Shown piece after piece: positions 9,462-20,125 of a DNA stretch of 64,000 nucleotides. This stretch comes from Malacoraja senta (Eukaryota): the NCBI GenBank assembly GCA_038087875.1, contig JAXLNO010002966.1, positions 186,001 to 250,000 on the forward strand, read 5' to 3'. Both the position numbers and the translations under genes were made by a program. The notes under the pieces were generated by a model. The model did not search any database. It was not told where the DNA came from and worked only from the letters and a program-made list of their open reading frames with translations. The first letter of the stretch is position 1. The number at the start of each line of letters is the position of its first letter.

Positions 9462-11592
9462 CCGCTGTTATTTGCTTTAGTAATTGAACCCCTTGCTGAA
9501 AAAATAAGAACACACATGGATATCTACGGTTATAATACAAAATATTCAAATAACAAAATATCCTTATATGCCGATGACGTACTATTGTACATCACAAAAC
9601 CACAAATTAGTATACCAAATATATTAAATTTAATTGAGGACTTTGGATCCTTTTCAGGATATAGAATAAACTGGAACAAAAGTGAAATTATGTCGATAAA
9701 ACCAAAAGACTCAACACACCTCAGGAAATTCCCCTTTAAAATAGCTATAGAAAAATTCAAATATTTGGGAATTGAAATTACTAGAAATTACCAGGATATG
9801 TTTAAAGCCAATTATAATCCCTTACTTAAGAAATTAAATAATATGATTAAATTTTGGAAAACACTTCCGATGTCCTTAATAGGCAGAATAAATGCTATAA
9901 AAATGATTTTCTTACCACAAATCCTATACCTATTTCAATCAATACCTATATATCTCCCAAAAAAGTTTTTCAAAAAATTGGACTCAGACATTACAAATTT
10001 TATATGGGATTATAAATCCCATTGAATACAAAGAGCACACCTTAATAAATGAAAAGAGTTGGGGGGTCTCGCGCTCCCTAACTTTATGTATTATAAATGG
10101 GCAGTAAATATTAAAAATATGATTCACCTGCTGGACAATTCTGCCCAGCAGGTGGACTGGATTATAATGGAAAAAGGGGACTGTTCCCCGAGTAATATAG
10201 GAGCGATTATTCTCTCTCCAATAAATTTGAATAATAAAATTTATAATAAAAACCCAATTATAAATAGCACAATTAGAACATGGAAACAAATAAAACAGAA
10301 TCTAAAATTAAGAAACCTATCTCTCTCAATACCAATAGTTAATAACCCATCGTTTAAACCTTCAACCATAGACAAATCATTTATACAATGGGAAAGAATG
10401 GGAATCAAAACGCTCGAAGATCTGTATGAATTGGGAAAATTACTATCATTTCAACAACTACAACTGAAATATAATCTGAAAAATAATCAATATTTTAAAT
10501 ATCTACAAATTCGTGATTACCTGAAAAAATACACAAAAGACTATCATAATATGCCTTCCGACTTACTAGATGAAGCAATGAAGACAAAGGCGGAATCAGC
10601 TAATCTAATATCGTACTTATATAATATCATTTTAAACATAGAAATACCCACAACAGAAGGAATTAGAAGAGACTGGGAACAAGAATTAGCTATAAAAATT
10701 TCAAAAGAGAGCTGGGATAACCACTTACTACAGGTGCATAAATGTTCGATCAACGTATACGCTCATCCAATTCAAAACATTACATAGACTATATTATTCA
10801 AAAACTAAATTAAATAAAATCTTTCCTAATGTTTCACCAATATGTGATAAATGTCTATGTCAAGAAGCTACCATAGCGCATTCTTTTGTTTTTTGTACAA
10901 AAATCCAAAATTTTTGGTATGAAATATTTGATATTTTCTCAAAATTAATTAAAATAAAACTGGTACCAAAACCAGAATGGATCATTTTTGGAATATCGGA
11001 AGGTATCCCTGAATTAAACGTGTATCAGAAGAACTTATTCAATTACGGGCTAATAATGGGAAAAAGGCTCATACTTAAATTCTGGAAAAATGCGCCCACA
11101 CCAACAATAAAAATGTGGACATCAAATATGTTGGAAACATTACATCTGGAAGAGATGAGATTCCTCTTAGCAGGGAAAGCAGACCAATTCCAAAAGACGT
11201 GGTCTACGTTTTTGGACCTATTACAAGCATGAGGTGCAATAGTAATTTAAAAAATAAAGAAAGAAAGAAATGGTATCAGGACCTGGTAATGGGACTTGGT
11301 CGGTGGTTCCCTTTCTGCGATTGTTCCTACTTTCTTTTTCTTTCTTTTCTAGGATCTACTTTCTTACTTTACTTCCTTCTCTAACTTCTTTTCTAAGGGG
11401 CTTTCTTTTCACAACACTCTCTTGCACCTCACGACTCTTGCGCACTTTCTTTACTTTTCTTACTTCTATCTTTCTCTTAAAGCTCAAAAAAATGAAGCGG
11501 TATAAAAAATGTATTAAGATATAAGTGTTGTGTATTACTGTAATTTACCGTACTTCTAATAAAAATAATTTTAAAAAAAATAAATAAATAAA
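9462..11592 (+). mobile_element. L1 LINE, 5'-truncated, with nonsense and frameshift lesions
   Basis: LLFALVIEPL..KISLYADDVLLY, FSGYRINWNKSE, GGLALPN and a CDKC..QEATIAHSFVFC C-terminus. In-frame TGA codons near 10023 and 10050, a deletion near 10755, a T-rich 3' UTR, AATAAA and an A tail. Confidence 0.92.
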
Positions 11593-11750
11593 CATATTCA
11601 CCAATCAGGACATGGTATATATCACAATGACATGCAGCAAAATTATAATACTGTATCTCAACTCTTTTTACACGTTGCAATGAATGCAATTTCTATTATT
11701 TCTTTCCACTTCCAAACAAAAATGTGGTTGGATTATTCAGCGTATGATCA

Positions 11751-12352
11751 ACCGAAGCGCAGGCTTGGCGATCGCTTCGCACAACACCTCCACTCAGTTC
11801 GCAATAACTAACCTGATGTCCCGGTGGCTCAGCACTTCAACTCCCCCTCCCATTCCGAATCCGACCTTTCTGTCCTGGGCCTCCTCCATGGCCAGAGTGA
11901 GGCCCACCGCATATTGGAGGGGCAGCACCTCATATTTGCTTGGGTAATTTACACCCCAGCGCTATGCACATCGGCTTTTCTAATTTCAGGTAGTCCTTGC
12001 TTTCTCCCTCCCATTCCCAGCTCTCCCACAGCCTACTGTCTCCGCCTCTTCCTTTCTTTTTCATGTCACCCATCCCCCCCCCCCCTACATCAATCTGAAG
12101 AAGGGTCTCGACCCGAAACATCGTCTATTCCTTCGCTCCACAGATGCTGCCTCACCCGCTGATTTTCTCCAGCTTTTTTGTCTACCAATGGGACCCACCA
12201 CTGGCCACATCTTCCCATCTCCTCCCCTGTTGGCTTTCCGTAGAGACCGCTCCCTCCGTAACTCCCTGGTCGATTCGTCCCTTCCCACCCAAACCACCCC
12301 CTCTCCTGGCACTTTCCCTTGCAATCACAGGAAATGCTACACTTGTCCTTTT
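11751..12352 (+). mobile_element. Penelope-like element fragments in tandem: GIY-YIG C-terminus plus terminal repeat, then a linker fragment
   Basis: RRLGDRFAQHL..PVAQHFNSPSHSESDLSVLGLLHGQSEAHR, a tail with a hammerhead motif at 12095-12122 (stem III ACGT decayed to ACAT), then PTTGHIFPSPPLLAFRRDRSLRNSLV..GTFPCNHRKCYTCPF. Confidence 0.85.
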
Positions 12353-13972
12353 AATTAAGTTTAAGACTATGGGACTGTACATTGGCCATAAAATTGCTGC
12401 CTAAAAGTGCCAGTGACCCGGAATTGATCCTGAATATGGGTGCTGTCTGTATGGAGTTTGCTCCTTTTCCCTTTGATCGCATGTGTTTTCTCCGGGTGCT
12501 CTTGTTTCCTTCCACATTCCAAAGGTGTGCAGGAACCTATTTCAGACCCAACCCAAAACGTAATATTTTCCTTTTGTCCAGAGATTCTGTCTGACCTGTT
12601 GAGTTACTCCAGCTTTTTGTGTCTATCTTCAGTTTAAACCAGCATCTGCAGTTCCTTCCTACACACACGATACTATACAATAGAACGTTATTAATCCCAG
12701 GTGGGAAATTGTATGTGTGTGTGGGTATATATTTAATACACACACACACATATATATTTATATAGTTATATATTCATATATAAATATACACCGTTTTGTT
12801 TTCTCGTTTATAACATTGTTTACAGAGTACTATGTTTACATATGCTGTTGTGCTGCTGCAAGTAAGGATTTCATTGTTCTAACTGGGACGTGAGAGAATA
12901 AAACACTCTTGACTCTTGACTTACTTCGCTAATGTGTGGGAAAGAACTAGTGTACGGGTGATCAATGGTCGGCGTGGACTCGGTGGCCTGAAGGGCCTGT
13001 TTCCACGCTGTCTTTAAATTAAACTAAAGACACTAAAACCAGAGGGAGTCTAAAGAAGGGTATCTACCCGAAACATCACCCAATTTCTTCTATCCTGAGT
13101 TGCTGGCTGCTCCGTGGAGTTCCCCCGCACAATTAAAGCATGGAATATTCTTCACCCTACCATAGTTACCCAACCAGACGCAACTAAATTTAAGGTACCT
13201 TTTTTTCCCCAAAGAACCCTTTTTTGCTTAAGTCCAAGTCAAGAATCAAGAGAGTTTTATTGTCATGTGTCCCAGATAGGACAATGAAATTCTTGCTTGC
13301 TGCAGCACAACAGAATATGTGAACATAATACAGAACAGGAGATAAAAGTTCAGTGTGTTTATATACCATAGACCATATATATACACAATACATAAACAGA
13401 TAAAATGCAATAGGCTGTTATTGTTCAGCCCTCTACCACCTCCAGTTTAAATTCCTTTTAGAATGTTTATGGAGGATCAGGAAACCAGAAGCGAGAGTTA
13501 CTCCAGGGAGATACTCCTGATCCAGGCTCAGGGAGTGATTCTGTGTTAGTTTTCAGCGGTTGCGGCGAGGCAGCAATGGCGGCGAAATCTCCCACAATTC
13601 AAAGCGAGGGAGAAAGTGCCCAGCGCTGACCAGTTGCCGTGGCAGTGCGCATGCGCAGGACGGCCGATGATATGCGGATGTGCAGGGGAGGACGTGCTGG
13701 CCGTAGCAGTGCGCATGTGCAAGGCGGCCTGCCGTGCCGGCCTAATGAGGAGCGAGCGGAGAACGGAGACCCGGACACGGATAACGGGCGGTGATAGAGA
13801 TAGAGAGGGGGGCCGCCCAGAGTTGAACGGCAGGTGTCCGGGAGGCCCCCTACACTTCAGGGCCCGAGGCTTCAGCCTATGAAGCCTAGTGGTAAATCCG
13901 GCTCTGCGAGCCCCCCCTAGATCTCAGGCCCTAAGCTGAAGCTTGTCCAGTTTATACGTAAATCCGGCCCTG

Positions 13973-14325
13973 CCTACCAGATAATGAAATGCCTGGTTAG
14001 TTGATGGGAAAGGATGTTTTCAGTAATGGGAGTCTAGCACAGCCTCATAATAAAAATACCTACCTTCAATATGGAGATGAGGAGGAATCTCTTTAGTCAC
14101 AGGGTGGTGAATCTGTGGAATTCATTGATACAGACAGCTGTGTGGGTCAAGTCATTGCATATTTTTCAAGCAGAGATTGATAGGTTCTTGATTAGTACGG
14201 GTGACAAAGGTTACAGGGAGAAGGCAGGAGAATGGGATTTAGCGGTAAAAATAGATCTGCCATGACTGAATGGTGGAGTAGACTCAATGGACTTGAAAGG
14301 CATAATTCGGCTCCAATATCTTATG
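13973..14325 (+). mobile_element. CR1 fragment, right part of the copy split by the hAT element
   Basis: Resumes as cctaccagataatgaaa; encodes EMRRNLFSHRVVNLWNSL and ends in the CR1 3' tail. Confidence 0.8.
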
Positions 14326-14959
14326 GTCAAAATTATTCTTATGTCACCCTTAACTCATCCATCCAAATGTAGGAACAGTGGAAGCAAGATAGGCTGATCC
14401 TGGACAAGGTCTCTTATCTTCTTCCTTGGGCATCTAGTTAATTTTCTGATAGTAGTTAGTTACACAAAAGACCAATAGTGGTGCCATATCCAACCCCATT
14501 ATCAGTCTGAAGTAGCTACACCTGTTGCAAGAGAGCGAGAGCGAGAGAGAGAAAATTAAATTCTCAGTTATCATTGAAATATCAGCAAAGTTTAAAACCT
14601 TTGAAGTTTTATCAACTATAAATGGGTTCACTTATTTGCTATAATAACAATCATCAACATAAGAAAATGGCCTTGTTGACCTCTACACTGTAAATAGTCA
14701 TCTATTTCTGACATACTTGATTCTTTAAATTCTTAATTAAATGCTGCAGATAAAATCTCAATACCATAATACTAATATGAGCTTCATGATTTTTCATTGA
14801 TCATTTTAAGCACATCCATCCTCTGTATAAATACATAAATCTAAAACTTTATTACTTTTTAATTAGATATGAACAGTGCTAGTTTAATTTAGATAATAAA
14901 ATCATTACAAAGTTGTTATTGATCAATAAATGTTTAAAATGCACTATATATGCCAACAG

Positions 14960-15189
14960 AGAGGGCAGTGAAAGAAGATATAAAGATTAGGATCGTGACT
15001 GCAGCTGTAATCGTTCCTCTCATTCTCCTGGGGATCATCCTTGGAATTGGTTGCTGGAAGAAGAGGAAAAAGATAAAACCTTTCAATGAACAGGGACCAG
15101 CTGACAACAGCAGAGACCAGGAGACGACTGCAGTGACCATGAAGCACAATCAGCTTCCTTTGGGATGCAGAGGAGGTCTACCGGAATGA
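14960..15189 (+). CDS. Connecting peptide, transmembrane and cytoplasmic exon of the MHC class I-like gene (probable terminal coding exon)
   Basis: Acceptor caacag|AG at 14959/14960 is phase 1, matching the alpha-3 donor. Translates to (E)RAVKEDIKIR-IVTAAVIVPLILLGIILGIGCW-KKRKKIKPFNEQGPADNSRDQETTAVTMKHNQLPLGCRGGLPE*: a hydrophobic helix followed by a basic stop-transfer cluster. Confidence 0.7.
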
Positions 15190-15655
15190 TGCCTGGATTA
15201 GTGGGGTATTAGCCACAGGGAAAAGTTGGACAGACTGGACAGTTGGATTGTTTTCTCTGGAATGTCGGGGATTGAGGGGAGACCTGACAGTAATATATCA
15301 AACTGGGAGGAGTAGAGATAGGGTAGACCATCCGACTTTTTACCCAGGAAGGAAATATCAAATAAGAGGAGGTACAGCTTTACAATGAGTGGCAAAGTTT
15401 AAAAAAGATGTGCAGAACAAGTGTTTTACGCCAAGGGTGGCGAGTGACTGGAATGTGCTGCCGGGGGTGGTGGTGGAAACAGATATGATAGTGGCATTTA
15501 AGAGACTTTTAGATAGGCACATGTATATGCAGGGTATGGATGGATATGGATTATGTGCAAGCAGATAACAATTGGTCTTGGCATCATTTTCGGCACAAAC
15601 ATTGTGGGTCAAAGGGCCTGTTATTGTGCTGTACTGTTCTATGTTCTATGCTCTT
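15160..15655 (+). mobile_element. CR1 3' fragment overlapping the end of the TM/cytoplasmic ORF
   Basis: gggatgcagaggaggtctaccggaatgatgcctggattag..ttggattgttttctctggaa matches the CR1 text seen in other copies here; ends in gtactgttctatgttctatg. Confidence 0.8.
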
Positions 15656-16374
15656 TATTGTATCAATGCTGACTGATGACTTTACATTCAGCCATTAATT
15701 TTTCAAGTGCTGTCTTCACTGCAGTTACCCTGTGATTCCAAAGTCATACATTGCGCCACATTTTGGAATAAAAGGTCGCCTATTTGATTGATTGATACTT
15801 TTTTTCCATATGTGTCATGTCACAGTGAAATTCTTTGTTTTGCATGACATACAAAGAGTCACCATATATAGGGTGTCGACGCAGTTACAAAGTAATCATT
15901 ACAGTTCCCAATGGTCCCTCTTTGTTCTGGCAGCCCCTCCATGTTGGGTCCCTCTTTAAAATAGTTACGAAGAAGATTTATTTTCCAGGAGGTGTATGAT
16001 TTGCCTGAACTTTCTATTCCAGCTGTGAAGACAAGGTGAATGAATATTTTCCAGGTTGAGATAGAGAATTTTAGATCAGAAATGAATCAAAGATTGCAGG
16101 AATAATGCAGTAAACTGATCGAAATCAGATTGGACATAATGTTATTGAATGATGCAGTCTTTTCAAGGGGGCTTACAGCTGATTACTAATCTTATTTTAT
16201 ATAAAACATAAAAATGTTCATCTCACGAAGAGGCCCTTTGGCCCACAATGACTGTGGTGAACATGATGAGATGCTAAACTGATCCCATCCAACTGCAACA
16301 TGATCCATATCCCTCTATTTCCTGCAGATCAGATTGTCAATCTAACTCTCAAACATCATATACTTATCTTGCCA

Positions 16375-16555
16375 GAAATAGACACAAAAAGTTGGAGAAA
16401 CTCACCGGATCAGACAGCATCTCTGGATACAAGACATAGGTGACATTTCGGGATGAGACCCTTGTTCAGACTCCAGAAATGCTGTTTGACCCGCTGAGTT
16501 ACTCCAGCTTTTTGAGCCTATCTTCGGTTTAAACCTGCATCTGCAGTTTCTTCCT
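16375..16555. mobile_element. Foldback of Penelope-like terminal repeats with a degenerate hammerhead in the loop
   Basis: gacacaaaaagttggagaaactcaccggatcagacagcat is inverted as atgctgtttgacccgctgagttactccagctttttg. Minus-strand CTGAACAAGGGTCTCATCCCGAAATGTC at 16442-16469. Confidence 0.7.
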
Positions 16556-16752
16556 GGTTATTTTGCCACTTCTCTTTGTCACATACTGTAACCTGCATTC
16601 CGTGTTCACATACCACCTGATGGTGTAGTGGAGAAGTAATTGCCTTTGCATTTAATGCTTCACTCAGTGCTTCAAGTATTTGATGGGCCAGTCAACAAGG
16701 ATCTTTGTTTTCAATACGAACCACGCTCTACACCACAGCTTACATAATATTG

Positions 16753-17000
16753 CTTAGTTTAGTTGAGTTATAGAGCATGGATGCAGAGCCTTCAGCTCAT
16801 CGAGTTGATAACATCCATCTTGCACACCAGTTCTATGTTATCCCTCTTTCACATCCTCTTTCGATACACTAGGGCAATTTTACAAAGGCCAACTCAGCTA
16901 CAAACCTGCACATCATTGAGATGTGCGAGGAAACCGAAGCACCGGGAGAAATCCCACGTGCTCACAGGGAGAACATGCAAACTCCACATAGACAACATCC
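16753..17000 (-). mobile_element. Degenerate HE1/V-SINE-like SINE
   Basis: Body and tail match the other SINE copies; the head is truncated. Confidence 0.65.
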
Positions 17001-17952
17001 CAGTACCATGTCCTGTGAATATTTATGGAACACGGTAACGTATGGGGGCTGTGTTTTCTTAACCCTACAGAGCACTGGGAACAATACTCATTATCAAAGC
17101 TGTGGTGTAATAGCTGTGGAAGTGTTTTATGTGCAACAGACCGAGAATTTCATTGTATATCCACCAGTGTCATTTCTGAATTATGAGCATTTAATAAAAT
17201 AATTTTGAATGAGTTTTACCAAGACGTTAGCATGCTATATACGTGTTTTGTCATTGTTAATACTACAGACAGCTATTTACTCAATCATAAGTTCATAAGA
17301 TCATAAGTGATAGGAACAGAATTAGGCCATTCGTCCCATCTATCATGGCTGATCTATCCTATCCTCCAAACCCCATTTTCCTGCCTTCTCCCCATAACCC
17401 CTGACACCCGTACTATTGAAGAATCTATCTATCTCTGCCTTAAAAAAATATCCATTGACAGCCTCCACAGCCTTCAGTGGCAGAATTCCACAGATTCACC
17501 ACCCTCTGAATAAAGAAATTCCTCCTCATCTCCTTTCTAAAGGAGTGTACTTTAATTGTGAGGCTTTGCCCTCTGCTGAGATGCTCCCACTAGTGGAAAC
17601 ATCCTCTCAACATCCACTCTATCCAGGCCTTTCACTATTTGGTAAGTGTAGATGGTTTATGCATGCAACCAATAATATAGCTACCTCAGTACTACTAACC
17701 ACGCCTTAGTTATCAAGTATAAGAACTCTCTGTCCCTCTTGCTCCTCCCTGGTTCCAGCATGATGACAGACTGGGTGCAGTCAGTGCTGGAAAGTGTTTA
17801 ACCTGTGTTATCATTAAACGTTAAGTAAAGCTACAAGTGAGTCAGACTTAACATCTTTACATGGTGTCAGCAAGTTAAAACGCACACCTCCTGTTTATCG
17901 TTTTTTTATTTCTTTGAAAGTGTTGCTTTATCGGAGTTTTGTACCTTTTGCC

Positions 17953-18657
17953 ATGGCATCCTCGTGCCGCAAACCCTCGCCCCTAGTCTTTGATGCTGAC
18001 ATAGCTGAACGCTGGGCGACTTTTGAAATGGACTTCACACATTACATTAACATCGTTCATCGCAACGATCCTGACATTGTTAAAGCTTCTCTCCTACTGA
18101 ACCTTGCTAGTCCCGATGCCATGAGGAGAGCACGAGCCTTCGCCTATGATCCCGCGGTCCGGGATGAAAACGATCAGGTTCAAGTACCTGTGGAGTCTGC
18201 CAACGATCCGGTATGTCTATTGCGAAAGTTTGCAGAAATTTGCGACTTGCCCTCTAACCGCATTTTAGAGCGAGCCAAGTTTTTTACGAGAAAGCAACAG
18301 CCTGATGAACCTGTTGAATGCATTATTGCGGATCTGCGCTATCTCGCCCAGAGGTGTCGATTTGAAAACATGACTGACCAGCTTACCAGGGACATTCTAG
18401 TGACAGGTATGCTGGATCAGAAATTGCGATCGGAGCTATTGAGAAGGCCGGATCTTACTCTGACCGACGCAATGCATGCATGCAGGTTGGCTGAAGTCGT
18501 TGACCCGTTGTTCGGACAAAGGGACGCTGTTGGTCGATCGGTCAACTTAACTGGTCTCAACAGACCGCGTCCTAAAATAGACAACTCTAGACCCGCGCCG
18601 CGGGCAGGCTACGTCCCCAGAGGGCGGGTTGCCGTCTGTCGGGCCACCCATGCTTGA
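17953..18657 (+). CDS. gag: Gypsy Gag (capsid region); zinc knuckle lost at the internal deletion
   Basis: MASSCRKPSPLVFDADIAERW..ERAKFFTRKQQPDEPVE..DL..LAQRCRF..RDILVTGM..LRSELLRRPDLTL. Confidence 0.85.
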   Translation: MASSCRKPSPLVFDADIAERWATFEMDFTHYINIVHRNDPDIVKASLLLNLASPDAMRRARAFAYDPAVRDENDQVQVPVESANDPVCLLRKFAEICDLPSNRILERAKFFTRKQQPDEPVECIIADLRYLAQRCRFENMTDQLTRDILVTGMLDQKLRSELLRRPDLTLTDAMHACRLAEVVDPLFGQRDAVGRSVNLTGLNRPRPKIDNSRPAPRAGYVPRGRVAVCRATHA

Positions 18658-20125
18658 TGATGGCTGCCAGCTGCAGTGCCTGGTCGAGCACACCGCCGCT
18701 GACCCTGCTTTGCAGCAGCTGGCAGCCATCATCAAGCGTGGGTGGCCCGACAGACGCACCAATTTGCCATCGGGTGCCCAACCGTTCTTCCTGGTCCGCG
18801 ATGAGCTGGTGATCCAGGATGGGGTTATCGTCAAAGGCCGCAAGGTCGTGGTCCCAGCCTCTCTGTACGATCTATACTACAACGCGGCCCACAGCGGTCA
18901 TCCTGGGGTCGAGGCCACTGTTTCTCATGCCCAGGGACAATTCTACTGGCCTAGCATGGCCAAATACATCAGGAACCGTGTGTCCTCTTGTGCCTCCTGC
19001 AACAACCTTACCCCACACCAGCAGCGGCAGCCTCTTTTGCAGCGGCCAGCGCCGGCCATGCCCTGGACATCGCTGGCTGCCGATATATTCGAATGGCGGG
19101 GGAAGGTGGACTCATACTCCAACTGGTTCGAGGTGGACCTCCTTCCGTCCGTCACCTCCGGGATGGTCATCGCCAAAATGCGGGAGCATTTCGCCGCCCA
19201 CGGTGTCCCTGTCCGTTTGCAGACCGACAATGGACGGCAATTCACAAGTGCCGAATTCAAAGCTTTCGCTGCGAGGTGGAACTTCCATCACTACACCAGC
19301 AGCCCCGAGTACCCTCAGAGTAACGGCCTGGCCGAACAGGCCGTGCGGAGTGCTAAGGGCCTGATGGAGCAGTCCCGCCTGTCTAACTGCGATTTCTACC
19401 TGGGCTTACTAAACCTACGTAACGTCTCACGGGACCCGGCTATGGGTTCCCCTGCCCAGCGTCTGATGTCAAGGGTTACAAGACCACCTATGCCAATCGT
19501 CCAGCAGTCCCTGCTACCAAAAGTGCTCAATCCTGCCACTGTCCAACAACGGATCGATCAGAAACATGAAGTTCAACGACGGTCCCACGACAGGTCCTGC
19601 CGCCCTCTACTGCCTCTACTACCCTGGCAGGTCGTTCGGATGCGGACCACCACCGGCTATTCCCGCCTCGCGACTGTGATTGGTGTGGACGACTCTCCAA
19701 GATCCTACCTGGTGGATTACGAGGGGACTGCCTATCGACGGAGCCGTCAACACCTGTTGGCTGTGAACGAGCCGAAGCTTCTTCCTGCGGCTCCTTATGC
19801 TCCTCCGTTGCGGTTCCTACCTGCTGCTGCTGATCGCCCTGCTGCTCCATGCATGCCCCAGTCCCCTCGCTTATTGCGGTCTCCTTCTCCGTTGCCTCCT
19901 GGTTTTGGCCGGGCGGTTTCACCTCCTGCACGTCCTCCCCCTCCTGTCTCTCCCGCTCCGACTGCATCTCCCCCTCCCTTAACATTCTTGCCTGCCTCCG
20001 CTACGCCTTCTCTTCTTTCCGATGGGGGGGGGGGGGGGAAGGTGCTGTACGTACGCGTTTGGGTCGCATTGTTAAGCCGCCTGTCCGCTACGGCGACTTT
20101 GTCTAAACTCGCATGTTTATTGTAA
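18629..20125 (+). CDS. pol: Gypsy integrase (HHCC zinc finger, DDE core, C-terminal domain); no protease, RT or RNase H
   Basis: H(SG)HPG..FYWPSM..CASC; PWTSLAADIF, LQTDNGRQF, PQSNGLAE; a small in-frame deletion in DIFEWRG/KVDSYS. Confidence 0.9.
   Translation: MPSVGPPMLDDGCQLQCLVEHTAADPALQQLAAIIKRGWPDRRTNLPSGAQPFFLVRDELVIQDGVIVKGRKVVVPASLYDLYYNAAHSGHPGVEATVSHAQGQFYWPSMAKYIRNRVSSCASCNNLTPHQQRQPLLQRPAPAMPWTSLAADIFEWRGKVDSYSNWFEVDLLPSVTSGMVIAKMREHFAAHGVPVRLQTDNGRQFTSAEFKAFAARWNFHHYTSSPEYPQSNGLAEQAVRSAKGLMEQSRLSNCDFYLGLLNLRNVSRDPAMGSPAQRLMSRVTRPPMPIVQQSLLPKVLNPATVQQRIDQKHEVQRRSHDRSCRPLLPLLPWQVVRMRTTTGYSRLATVIGVDDSPRSYLVDYEGTAYRRSRQHLLAVNEPKLLPAAPYAPPLRFLPAAADRPAAPCMPQSPRLLRSPSPLPPGFGRAVSPPARPPPPVSPAPTASPPPLTFLPASATPSLLSDGGGGGKVLYVRVWVALLSRLSATATLSKLACLL

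Larger units (their letters stand above)
8938..13972. mobile_element. hAT-superfamily non-autonomous DNA transposon with nested insertions
   Basis: Termini CAGGGACGGATTTA and TAAATCCGGCCCTG (14-bp TIR, 1 mismatch). Perfect 8-bp TSD CCTACCAG at 8930-8937 and 13973-13980. The flanks rejoin into a continuous CR1 sequence. Confidence 0.9.

Noticed and set aside
13620-13720. GCGCATGCGC (NRF1-like) motifs as a host promoter
   Set aside because: They lie inside the hAT element's right subterminal region.
14934-15149. Hydrophobic minus-strand ORFs
   Set aside because: Antisense shadows of the + strand TM exon, which has the splice-phase support.
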